Virus record (IMG/VR): IMGVR_UViG_3300010051_000510
Origin: an uncultured virus (IMG/VR IMGVR_UViG_3300010051_000510)
Lineage: Duplodnaviria; Heunggongvirae; Uroviricota; Caudoviricetes
Length of the DNA stretch: 20,000 nucleotides
Strand: one strand, 5' to 3'
Position numbers and translations under genes: made by a program. Shown here piece by piece: positions 8,079-15,190 of this stretch (position 1 is the first letter of the stretch; each line of letters opens with the position of its first letter). A model generated the notes under the pieces. It did not search any database. It was not told where the DNA came from and worked only from the letters and a program-made list of their open reading frames with translations.

Positions 8079-8081
8079 GAT
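8073..8081 (+). promoter_or_regulatory. Leaderless promoter, class A (GGATAAGAT)
   Basis: TAAGAT 8076-8081 (TAA is also the stop of paralog 7), 6 nt, ATG 8088. Confidence 0.7.
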
Positions 8082-8087
8082 GACGTC

Positions 8088-8345
8088 ATGAGGTTCATGC
8101 ACATCCTCGGGACCTTCCGAGGGAAGCGGCCTGTGACGCCCGCCGCCCGTACCTTCCACGCCTACATCACCTTCCCCAAGCCGTCCGGTGATCAACCGCA
8201 GCGACCCGCGTTTTGGGAGACGACGGCCGCGACCGGCCGGGTCGCCGCCCGCGAGCAGCTGGCGGCCAAGTACCCGGACGCGAACCTGATCGGCGTGCTG
8301 TTCGACACCGAGTTCGACGGCACCACCGCCCGCCGCGGCCGATAG
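8088..8345 (+). CDS. Hypothetical protein (85 aa)
   Basis: Leaderless start, GC3 bias. Confidence 0.75.
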   Translation: MRFMHILGTFRGKRPVTPAARTFHAYITFPKPSGDQPQRPAFWETTAATGRVAAREQLAAKYPDANLIGVLFDTEFDGTTARRGR

Positions 8346-8354
8346 CGCGAACAC

Positions 8355-8693
8355 ATGCGAACCCTGACCGGCGAGAACGCCTGGTGCTATGAGGAGAACG
8401 GCAGCCTGCGCGTCTGCGCCGATCACGCCCTGTGGCTGACGGTGGACCGCGAGCAGTGCTGCGATCTGATCGCCGCGTTCTGGCTGGCCGCAGCTCACCC
8501 CAACGCCGAAACCGCCAGCGCTCGCACCGTCCAGCTCGACGAGGCCGACGTGACCGTCGGCAACGGCGCGATCATCATCACCACCACCGCCGCACGTCAG
8601 ACACGCAGCGGGCAGCGGGTCGCCTACCCGCAGTCACCTGAAAGCATGGCGGGCTGGGTCGCCGCCGCCCACCGGGCCATCGCCGCGCGCTGA
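8355..8693 (+). CDS. Hypothetical protein (112 aa)
   Basis: GC3 bias; starts 9 nt after previous stop; degenerate GATAGCGC box 6 nt upstream. Confidence 0.75.
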   Translation: MRTLTGENAWCYEENGSLRVCADHALWLTVDREQCCDLIAAFWLAAAHPNAETASARTVQLDEADVTVGNGAIIITTTAARQTRSGQRVAYPQSPESMAGWVAAAHRAIAAR

Positions 8694-8723
8694 CGCGCCG
8701 GGCCGGAAACTGCCACCGCCCCT

Positions 8724-8733
8724 GATAGGTTGC
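8724..8733 (+). promoter_or_regulatory. Leaderless promoter, class A-like (GATAGGTTGC)
   Basis: TAGGTT 8726-8731, 6 nt, ATG 8738. Confidence 0.75.
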
Positions 8734-8737
8734 TGTC

Positions 8738-8896
8738 ATGCACCTGAACCGGCCGTTGACCGCCCAAGAACGCGCCCTCGTGCAGACCGTCGGGCTGGCG
8801 CTCGCCCTGGGCGACAAGGAAGCCGCGATGGCCGCCATCAAGGATCATCGGGTCCGCGGCAGCCTATGCCCGCAACCGACGACGGCTTCTACGTAA
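8738..8896 (+). CDS. Small hypothetical protein (52 aa), not in ORF track
   Basis: MHLNRPLTAQERALVQTVGLALALGDKEAAMAAIKDHRVRGSLCPQPTTAST; leaderless start; overlaps next ORF by 31 nt. Confidence 0.65.
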   Translation: MHLNRPLTAQERALVQTVGLALALGDKEAAMAAIKDHRVRGSLCPQPTTAST

Positions 8897-9153
8897 GCCT
8901 CTACACCAGCCAAGGCTTCACCCGCTGGCGGACGCTGCCCAACCGCATCGAGATCTGGCGGATGCGCTACCGCGACGGCCGCGGCGCGTGGAGAGCGCTG
9001 CGTGACGGCCAGGACGTCGGCTCCTACTCCGAGCCGGCCCCCGGAGGCACCGCGACCGGGCACGTCGACCATGACTTCTCGCTCGTGCAAGGCCGCGACG
9101 CGCCGGTGGGCAACTACACCGACTGGGAGACCCTCCTGCGCAAGCTGCCATGA
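8866..9153 (+). CDS. Hypothetical protein (95 aa)
   Basis: GC3 bias, aromatic-rich beta-type sequence. Confidence 0.72.
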   Translation: MPATDDGFYVSLYTSQGFTRWRTLPNRIEIWRMRYRDGRGAWRALRDGQDVGSYSEPAPGGTATGHVDHDFSLVQGRDAPVGNYTDWETLLRKLP

Positions 9154-9205
9154 CCTCGACCACCCGGGCCGCCGCGGGCGATCATGCTCCCGCTGTGCCG
9201 GAGCG

Positions 9206-9216
9206 TACGTTCAAGC
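9206..9216 (+). promoter_or_regulatory. Leaderless promoter, class B (TACGTTCAAGC)
   Basis: TACGTT 9206-9211, 5 nt, ATG 9217; near-identical to 2723. Confidence 0.75.
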
Positions 9217-10113
9217 ATGACCGACAGCCCTGACCGCGAGCCGACCGCGAAGCTGCTGGGTGCCCGCGCCGACCTGATCATCCCCGCGGTCGCCCAGGCC
9301 GGCGCGCTACCGGCAAGCGACGCGCTCGCTCTGCGCCACTGGTTTGACCGCGAACGCCGCGCCGCCGGCACCCCGACCGCTGACAGCCTGCGGCTACGCG
9401 GCAAAGCCGCCCGGATCGTCGGCGAGCTGCGCGAGAGGACGAATCTCCAGGCGGCGGTGCTGTACGGATCCGCGGCCGCCGGCAGCGCCACCGCGCATTC
9501 CGACATCGACCTGCTGCTGATCTTCGCCTCCCCGAAACCCAGCTGGCGGGAACTGATCGTCCTGGTTCCCGCGCTCACCGACGCTGACGTCGAAGCGCGC
9601 TTCTACACCTTCGATCGCATTCGGGACGGCAAACCGTCCCAGTGGGCGTACCTGCAGCACGTCCGCCGCAACCATCTCGTGCTCGCCGGCCATCCCGACC
9701 TCGCCGCCGTGCTGGACCCGCCCGCGCCGACCGGCGCGCAGCTGGCCGCGGATCTGCGAGCCTGGGCGGACCGCTACGCCGGCGCGATCCTCTCAGACCC
9801 CGACTACTGGAAGGACAGCCGCGACCGCGGCGTTCGAGCGGACCTGTTCGTCGTCGCGCGCAGCGCGATGATGCTCGCCAACGCGCACCGTGGGATCTTC
9901 GACCCGGCCCGGGCCCGCGCGTTCGCGCTCTTCGCCGGCCGCCACCCCGACCTGAGCGCGGACGTCGACACCATCCGCGCGACCGAAAGCGACTGGCGTA
10001 CCGGCCGCCGCCTCGGAGACCGGCCCACCAGCGACCTGACCGTCAGCGACGTCATCGCGGCCGCCAGCCGGATCCTGAACGTCGCCTGCGCGGAGATCGA
10101 AGACACGACGTGA
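9217..10113 (+). CDS. Pol-beta-superfamily (minimal-type) nucleotidyltransferase with C-terminal helical domain (298 aa)
   Basis: AAVLYGSAAAGSATAHSDIDLLLI matches the hG[GS]x9-13DhD signature; start reassigned to ATG 9217 from the promoter motif. Confidence 0.85.
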   Translation: MTDSPDREPTAKLLGARADLIIPAVAQAGALPASDALALRHWFDRERRAAGTPTADSLRLRGKAARIVGELRERTNLQAAVLYGSAAAGSATAHSDIDLLLIFASPKPSWRELIVLVPALTDADVEARFYTFDRIRDGKPSQWAYLQHVRRNHLVLAGHPDLAAVLDPPAPTGAQLAADLRAWADRYAGAILSDPDYWKDSRDRGVRADLFVVARSAMMLANAHRGIFDPARARAFALFAGRHPDLSADVDTIRATESDWRTGRRLGDRPTSDLTVSDVIAAASRILNVACAEIEDTT

Positions 10114-10307
10114 CCTCCGGCGCGTTCGTGCTGTTCGCGTTCGCCTGCGAGCTGGTTGTCGGCGGCGTCGGCGGCCTCATCGCCGCCGCGGTCGGCCCAG
10201 ACCGAGCAGGGCAGCCGCCGCGGTTGCGATGGGCGTTTCCCGCCGGCGTCTGCGGCGCGATGGCCGGCGCGGCGATCGCGCTGACCGTCAACGAGCTGCT
10301 CTTATGA
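10110..10307 (+). CDS. Small two-TM membrane protein (65 aa)
   Basis: GTGA overlap with the NTase gene; two Gly/Ala-rich hydrophobic helices. Confidence 0.7.
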   Translation: MTSGAFVLFAFACELVVGGVGGLIAAAVGPDRAGQPPRLRWAFPAGVCGAMAGAAIALTVNELLL

Positions 10308-10324
10308 GCGCCCGCGCCGCCGGC

Positions 10325-10337
10325 GCGGATAAGGTGC
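10325..10337 (+). promoter_or_regulatory. Leaderless promoter, class A (GCGGATAAGGTGC)
   Basis: TAAGGT 10330-10335, 6 nt, ATG 10342. Confidence 0.82.
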
Positions 10338-10341
10338 GGTC

Positions 10342-10500
10342 ATGAAGCTCGACTACGGCCCGGAGCATCACGGCCGGACCACGACGATGCCTCGGGAGCT
10401 GCTGAAAGCCGACGTGATCTACATCACGACGGAGCGGTTCGGCCATGAGCTGACCGTCTTCCTCTCCGACCGGCCGTCGCCGACCGGCGACAAGGAGTAG
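10342..10500 (+). CDS. Small hypothetical protein (52 aa), not in ORF track
   Basis: MKLDYGPEHHGRTTTMPRELLKADVIYITTERFGHELTVFLSDRPSPTGDKE; leaderless start, GC3 bias. Confidence 0.75.
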   Translation: MKLDYGPEHHGRTTTMPRELLKADVIYITTERFGHELTVFLSDRPSPTGDKE

Positions 10501-10508
10501 CCCCGGCG

Positions 10509-10610
10509 GTGCAGTCCCTCGCAGCGCTGATCCACTCCCGGCTGTTTCAGATCCTCGGCCGGCTGCTGATGCTCGCCGGCTTGATCGCCGCCGCGATCAT
10601 CGTGCTTTGA
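10509..10610 (+). CDS. 33-aa single-TM peptide, not in ORF track
   Basis: MQSLAALIHSRLFQILGRLLMLAGLIAAAIIVL; AAGGAG 10492-10497 upstream; fills the gap between two genes. Confidence 0.55.
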   Translation: MQSLAALIHSRLFQILGRLLMLAGLIAAAIIVL

Positions 10611-10621
10611 GCGCCCCGCGG

Positions 10622-10632
10622 TACGTTCAGCT
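10622..10632 (+). promoter_or_regulatory. Leaderless promoter, class B (TACGTTCAGCT)
   Basis: TACGTT 10622-10627, 5 nt, ATG 10633. Confidence 0.75.
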
Positions 10633-10848
10633 ATGGCCGTCACCCTCGAATGCGACATCTGCGAGCATGAGCAGCTGGTCGCGTTGATCCCCAACGGCCT
10701 GGCCGGTCACGGAGACCCGCACGCGATCTGCGAAAACTGCGGGACGACCGGATCCTTCCACAGCTTCCCCGGATCCGCCCGGCGAACCCGCGCGCTCGTC
10801 GCCGATCTGGCCTCCCGCGTCCAGCCGCTTGGGGAGCTGCGGCTATGA
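10633..10848 (+). CDS. Zn-ribbon protein (71 aa)
   Basis: LECDICEH...AICENCG: two CxxC pairs. Confidence 0.8.
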   Translation: MAVTLECDICEHEQLVALIPNGLAGHGDPHAICENCGTTGSFHSFPGSARRTRALVADLASRVQPLGELRL

Positions 10849-11153
10849 CCGCTCTGATCGAAGGCGCGCTCGCCGACAACGTCACCGACGTCCTGCTGGA
10901 GAACACCGGGGTCGCGCCCGCCACCCGCCAGCAGCTGACCGAGCTGCTGGAAAGCGATCCGGCTCTGGTTGAGTTGATCGTCGAGTGGGGCGCCAACGAC
11001 ACCGAAGTGCGCGGGAAGCTCGCCGACCTCGTCGTCCGCGACCTGGGTGTGCGGGACCGCTGGCCGTCGTTCGCCGACAACGCCGACCTCGACGTGTTGT
11101 GCGCGCAGGTTGACGCCGCCGCCCGCCTGCGCGGCTGGGCTGTCCGTTCCTGA
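10845..11153 (+). CDS. Hypothetical acidic helical protein (102 aa)
   Basis: GGGGAG upstream, ATGA overlap with Zn-ribbon gene. Confidence 0.8.
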   Translation: MTALIEGALADNVTDVLLENTGVAPATRQQLTELLESDPALVELIVEWGANDTEVRGKLADLVVRDLGVRDRWPSFADNADLDVLCAQVDAAARLRGWAVRS

Positions 11154-11280
11154 TGCGCTCAGGCGGCGACGGCCGGCCGCCCGCCCCCATCTGACCCTGA
11201 CCAGCTGATCGCGGGATCCACTTCCCTGATCGCCCGACTCCGTGTTCTTGGTGTGGGGGCGCGCGGGTGATGATGGGGCA

Positions 11281-11288
11281 GATATGTT
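11281..11288 (+). promoter_or_regulatory. Leaderless promoter, class A-like (GATATGTT)
   Basis: TATGTT-GATGGC-ATG 11295, nearly identical to TAGGTT-GATGGT-ATG at 580-594. Confidence 0.72.
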
Positions 11289-11294
11289 GATGGC

Positions 11295-12215
11295 ATGACC
11301 ATGCAGTGCGCCGTGACGCGCGGCGGCGGTTCGCCGTCGGTGCGTATCGGCGATCAAACCCACGAACTTCACTTCTCCCGCGAGCTGACCGCGATGGTCG
11401 CCCGCCGGCATTTCCCCTCCGGCACCCCGTCCGCGCAAGCCGCCGAGTACCTCACCGACCGGCTCGTCAGCGGCCAGGTCGCCTACCGCGACATCCCGCC
11501 GCGCTGGGCGGCAGGCCGCCACGGCACCCATCCGGTGCTGCTGCTGGACGGCTGCCTGGCGCTGCTGCTGTCCGCGCCGCGGCCCGGGGTGCTGGTCGCC
11601 TTCCAGATCGTCCAGCGAGGCCAGCAGCACTGGCTGACGATGCGCGACCCATCCGGCCGCGTCCGCTACGTCTTCTTCTCCAACCACGCCCAGGAACGCT
11701 TCCGCTCCCGCGTCAGCCCGCACAGCCAGCCCAAGGGCGCGCTGCTGCGCCTGCGCAAGCTCACCCAGGCCGGCACGGTGCTGCCGGGCAAGCCGAGCTG
11801 GCGCCCCGACGGAGACTTCGACCCCAGCGACCCGCACGTCCTGCTGGACCCAGACACCGCCCTCGCCCTGCAGATCGTCAGCGACGGGCTGCCCGGCGTC
11901 TTCATCGCCGCGACCCTCATCCAGCGCGACGTCGCCCGCCGCCTGGACGCCGCCCCACTGTGGCGTCGCGCCGGCATGCCCGGCCGCCACGGCACCCTCA
12001 CCGTCTCCGAGCAGCTGGTCAGCGACCTGCGCGTGAAGCTGGGGGAGACCGACTACCGCCGCCATGAGGTCGCGCAGTGGATCGAGGAGCGCTGCGATCA
12101 GCGCGGGCAGCTGCGACTGGCCGGTCATGACATCCAGCTGGATCTCGGCGACGGGATCATCGCCCAGGTCCGCAACGACTCCGGTTCGCTGCGCGCGGTC
12201 GGGCTCGCCGCCTGA
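11295..12215 (+). CDS. Protein with three tandem ~90-100 aa repeats, RelE/DUF4258-like (306 aa)
   Basis: Repeat 2 begins VFFSNHAQERFRSRV; repeats 1 and 2 share P.W...P.(V)LL.D..LAL....PGV..A...QR. Confidence 0.75.
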   Translation: MTMQCAVTRGGGSPSVRIGDQTHELHFSRELTAMVARRHFPSGTPSAQAAEYLTDRLVSGQVAYRDIPPRWAAGRHGTHPVLLLDGCLALLLSAPRPGVLVAFQIVQRGQQHWLTMRDPSGRVRYVFFSNHAQERFRSRVSPHSQPKGALLRLRKLTQAGTVLPGKPSWRPDGDFDPSDPHVLLDPDTALALQIVSDGLPGVFIAATLIQRDVARRLDAAPLWRRAGMPGRHGTLTVSEQLVSDLRVKLGETDYRRHEVAQWIEERCDQRGQLRLAGHDIQLDLGDGIIAQVRNDSGSLRAVGLAA

Positions 12216-12323
12216 CCGCACCTTCGCGCTCACCCGGTTTGCCCTGCCAGAATGACGGAGCAAAGACAGATCACCGGGATCACAACGGGGATTCGCGACA
12301 TCACGAGCCCCGCCCGGGCGCCG

Positions 12324-12329
12324 TACGGT
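12324..12329 (+). promoter_or_regulatory. Leaderless promoter -10 (TACGGT)
   Basis: GTACGGT-CAATCG-ATG 12336. Confidence 0.65.
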
Positions 12330-12335
12330 CAATCG

Positions 12336-12692
12336 ATGAGCGACCTCACCATGATCGGCGCGCTGCGCAACCTCCCGCAGATCAACGACCCGGCCGCGCT
12401 GACCGGCCCGCAACGATCTCAGCTGAGCGCCGCGGCCGATCTCGCGCTCGCTCAGCTGCGCGCGCAGGGGCGCCTGGCCGCGGACGCGCCCGACGATCAT
12501 GTAGGGGTGGCGATCTGCGCGCGCGGGGAGCTGGGTCTGGTCGTCTCCTACGGGCCCGTCACCTACCCGGACGGTACCGGCGCTGACGCCTACCGCGGCT
12601 GGCATCTGAAAGACCTGGCACGCCGCTGGTCGTCGCGCCGGCCGCGCTGGCTGATCGCACCTCGTGCCGATCCCCGCCCCCAAGAGGGATAA
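12336..12692 (+). CDS. Hypothetical protein (118 aa)
   Basis: Start reassigned from 12252 to ATG 12336 (MSDLTMIGAL) using the promoter motif. Confidence 0.72.
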   Translation: MSDLTMIGALRNLPQINDPAALTGPQRSQLSAAADLALAQLRAQGRLAADAPDDHVGVAICARGELGLVVSYGPVTYPDGTGADAYRGWHLKDLARRWSSRRPRWLIAPRADPRPQEG

Positions 12693-12695
12693 GGT
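12687..12695 (+). promoter_or_regulatory. Leaderless promoter, class A (GGATAAGGT)
   Basis: TAAGGT 12690-12695 (TAA is also the upstream stop), 6 nt, ATG 12702. Confidence 0.75.
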
Positions 12696-12701
12696 GAACG
12701 C

Positions 12702-12932
12702 ATGAGTATCTCCGAGCTGATCGGCCGCGCCGACGTCGCCCTGTTCGATCACATCCCCGTGGCTCCCCGCCGCAAGATCCAGAAGGTGATCGCTGTCGGC
12801 ATCGCCGGCTACGTGTTCGCCGACGAACTGATCGCGGGCATCCGCGACGCCGCCCGTGACGCCGCGGGCGAGGCCGCCGCGTACTGGGACCACGTGCAGG
12901 AGATCATCGACACCCAGAACCGGCAGTTCTAA
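12702..12932 (+). CDS. Hypothetical protein (76 aa)
   Basis: Leaderless start, GC3 bias. Confidence 0.78.
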   Translation: MSISELIGRADVALFDHIPVAPRRKIQKVIAVGIAGYVFADELIAGIRDAARDAAGEAAAYWDHVQEIIDTQNRQF

Positions 12933-13007
12933 CGGCCGACGCGACACCAACGCGGTCGACGACGACCGTCCCTCCTCGCCGCCCGCCCAGGTAGTTTGCC
13001 TGAGACC

Positions 13008-13301
13008 ATGGCCAATCAACACACGCGCCCGCGCCCGTTCGAGCTGCGAAACGTCACCGAGACGCGCGCCTACGCGGGGATCGAGACCGCGGAGCGCATC
13101 CGCGACAGCTGGCGCGCAGTCGAACAGCTCCTCGACGCGCTGGAGCACTACGCCGGCGTGGAGCGCCCCAGCGACCAGGCCGCCGACGAAGCGGCCGCCG
13201 CGTTGCGCGCCCTGCCGGAGGCGATCGACACCTTCGAGCGGACCGTCCACACCAAGCTTCCGGTGCTGCGCAACCGCATCGCCAAGATCACCGTCAGCTG
13301 A
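13008..13301 (+). CDS. Hypothetical helical protein (97 aa)
   Basis: ATG 13008 is 10 nt after TAGTTT (12992-12997); amphipathic helices. Confidence 0.78.
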   Translation: MANQHTRPRPFELRNVTETRAYAGIETAERIRDSWRAVEQLLDALEHYAGVERPSDQAADEAAAALRALPEAIDTFERTVHTKLPVLRNRIAKITVS

Positions 13302-13308
13302 CCGGCGG

Positions 13309-13319
13309 TAGGTTCGAGC
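13309..13319 (+). promoter_or_regulatory. Leaderless promoter, class B (TAGGTTCGAGC)
   Basis: TAGGTT 13309-13314, 5 nt, ATG 13320. Confidence 0.75.
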
Positions 13320-13616
13320 ATGACCGCCACCGCCACCGCCCGCCCGGACCTGCGCCCCGCCGAGGATCTCGTTCAGCCCGGCGCCGTGTACGCGATCAAG
13401 ATCTACGACGCCCGGCCGGAGCTGTTCAAGCAGGAGCCGCAGGTGGTGTCGATCGCGCCGGCCGGGCTGGGATGGAACGTCCGCTCCAACAGCGCCTTCG
13501 GCGCCGCCGATCACTGGCGGCCGACCCTTACCCTGGCCAAGAGCAAAGCCGGTCGGATCGTCGGCCGGGAACTGACCGCGCACACCGCGTTCAACGCTGT
13601 CCAGCGCCTCATCTGA
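13320..13616 (+). CDS. Hypothetical protein (98 aa)
   Basis: Leaderless start, GC3 bias. Confidence 0.8.
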   Translation: MTATATARPDLRPAEDLVQPGAVYAIKIYDARPELFKQEPQVVSIAPAGLGWNVRSNSAFGAADHWRPTLTLAKSKAGRIVGRELTAHTAFNAVQRLI

Positions 13617-13632
13617 ACCGGGGTAGGACTCA

Positions 13633-13644
13633 CGGATAACGTGC
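13633..13644 (+). promoter_or_regulatory. Leaderless promoter, class A (CGGATAACGTGC)
   Basis: TAACGT 13637-13642, 6 nt, ATG 13649. Confidence 0.85.
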
Positions 13645-13648
13645 TGGC

Positions 13649-14215
13649 ATGAACTCGATCACCGCCGCCCCGCGCATCTGCGATCACCGCACCGACCCGC
13701 GCGTCGCCCGCAAGCTCGGCCGTGTCATGGAGCAGCTCGCCGCCCGCGGCCTGAACTGGATCCCCGCCGAGCAGGCCGCCACGGTCGTCGAGGTCTCCGA
13801 GGCGCTCCCCCGCGCTCTGGACGCCCGGGGTATGGGCATCATCGAGAACCCGCGTCTGGCTTCCCCGTTCGTGCCCGGCCGCGAGCCGGTGGCGCAGGAG
13901 ATCCTCGCCGCCGCCGGCCCCCGCCTGATCCCCGCCGGTTCGGGCACGATCGCCGACGTCGTCGAGCATCTCGCCACCCGCAACATTCCCGGCAACGAGC
14001 ACTGGCGCGGCTATCAGGTCTTCAGCCCGCCGATGGTCTTCATCCAGGGGCTGTACGGAAACGTCTCCATGAACGGCTGGAACGTCGGCTTCGCCACCGA
14101 ACGCGAGTACGCCCGCGCGGTCCGCGAGCTGCTGCCCGCCGACCACGACGCCCGCATCAGCGCGTTGCAGTCCGGCAGCCATCAGCTGCTGGCCGCCTGG
14201 CAGATCGCCGCGTGA
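13649..14215 (+). CDS. Hypothetical protein (188 aa)
   Basis: Leaderless start, strong GC3 bias; no recognised motif. Confidence 0.83.
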   Translation: MNSITAAPRICDHRTDPRVARKLGRVMEQLAARGLNWIPAEQAATVVEVSEALPRALDARGMGIIENPRLASPFVPGREPVAQEILAAAGPRLIPAGSGTIADVVEHLATRNIPGNEHWRGYQVFSPPMVFIQGLYGNVSMNGWNVGFATEREYARAVRELLPADHDARISALQSGSHQLLAAWQIAA

Positions 14216-14284
14216 CGCCGCGCAAGCCCGCAGCCTGATCAGCGGAGCGTGACTCCGCCGGCGCCTGGTAGTAGGCTCACCAGC

Positions 14285-15160
14285 GTGGAGGAAATCCTGA
14301 ACGCTGAAATCCCGGATCGTTGCGTGATCAGCGAGCCGTGGCGGACCTTCACCCGCCGCAGAGCTGAGGCTGACGTTGCGTCGCGCTGGCGTGAGTACGA
14401 GCGCGAGCATCCGCAGCTGCTGGCGGCCGCCCGGCGCATGTTCGCCTTCCAGCCTTCGGAGTCCAACCTGCTGGCGCTCGTCGCCGAGGAGCCGCGGTTC
14501 GCTTCCCGAGCGCGGTCGCTTCTGCTGGATGAGCGCGCGGCTGCGATCTGTGAGCTGTTGGGCTACGAGGAGCCGGCGCCGCTGCGCGCGACCGTGCTGG
14601 TCGGCTGCTTTGAGCCGATGGCCTGGTGCGATGAGAACCGCGGCAACGAGGTGTTCTTCTGCGTGGAGAAGCTTCCCGATGAGCCTGACCGCTGCGCGTT
14701 GATCGCCACGCACGAACTGACGCATGCCGCCCATCTGAACATCAGCGGGTTCGCGCCTGGAGCCTGGCCGGTCAGCCGGGGCCTGCACGCTGAAGCGCTC
14801 GCGATCGCCGTCACGTTGCGGCTCGTCGGCCAGGTGCCCGAGACCGACCATCTGGGCCTGGAGCATCCCGCCCGCACCCTGGACGCCTACCAGGCGGATG
14901 AGCGGGACGTTCATGAGACTCTCCTCGGACTGCTGGAATGCTGTGACGAGGACGCCTACCGCGACGTCTTCTACCCCGACTGGGGCCGGCCGCAGGCGGC
15001 CGGCCTGCCCGAACAGGTCGGCTATCTGATCGCCTGCCGGGCCGCGCAGCGTTGGAACGCCGCGGACGTCTGCCTGGCCCGGATCGCCCGCTGGGACGAC
15101 CGGCAAGCCCGCGAGTTCTTCACAGCCACGCTCGCCAGCGGCGCGGCCACCGCCGCCTGA
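14285..15160 (+). CDS. DUF2268-like predicted Zn-dependent protease (291 aa)
   Basis: LIATHELTHAAH (HExxH), downstream EALA, C-terminal LPEQVGYLIA; GTG 14285 is 7 nt after TAGGCT (14272-14277). Confidence 0.78.
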   Translation: MEEILNAEIPDRCVISEPWRTFTRRRAEADVASRWREYEREHPQLLAAARRMFAFQPSESNLLALVAEEPRFASRARSLLLDERAAAICELLGYEEPAPLRATVLVGCFEPMAWCDENRGNEVFFCVEKLPDEPDRCALIATHELTHAAHLNISGFAPGAWPVSRGLHAEALAIAVTLRLVGQVPETDHLGLEHPARTLDAYQADERDVHETLLGLLECCDEDAYRDVFYPDWGRPQAAGLPEQVGYLIACRAAQRWNAADVCLARIARWDDRQAREFFTATLASGAATAA

Positions 15161-15179
15161 CCTCGCCCTCCGCGAGAGG

Positions 15180-15190
15180 TAGGTTCAGCG
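15180..15190 (+). promoter_or_regulatory. Leaderless promoter, class B (TAGGTTCAGCG)
   Basis: TAGGTT 15180-15185, 5 nt, GTG 15191. Confidence 0.75.

Noticed and set aside
12225..12250. GGGCAAACC on the minus strand resembling a c-di-GMP-I riboswitch
   Set aside because: The following GAAA loop and GACGCAAAG elements are absent and no minus-strand gene follows.
10707..13583. 958-aa minus-strand ORF (also 436-1779, 5847-7271, 13511-15106 and the 5' part of 4050-5573)
   Set aside because: Antisense shadows of GC3-biased + strand genes that have their own promoters and coupled starts; the translations show no recognisable motifs.
9184..14284. ORF-track starts at 9184, 12252, 12996 and 14249 (also 2227, 3837, 7479, 16369, 16892)
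   Set aside because: Downstream starts fit the leaderless promoter spacing, SD or overlap coupling, or the family alignment better.
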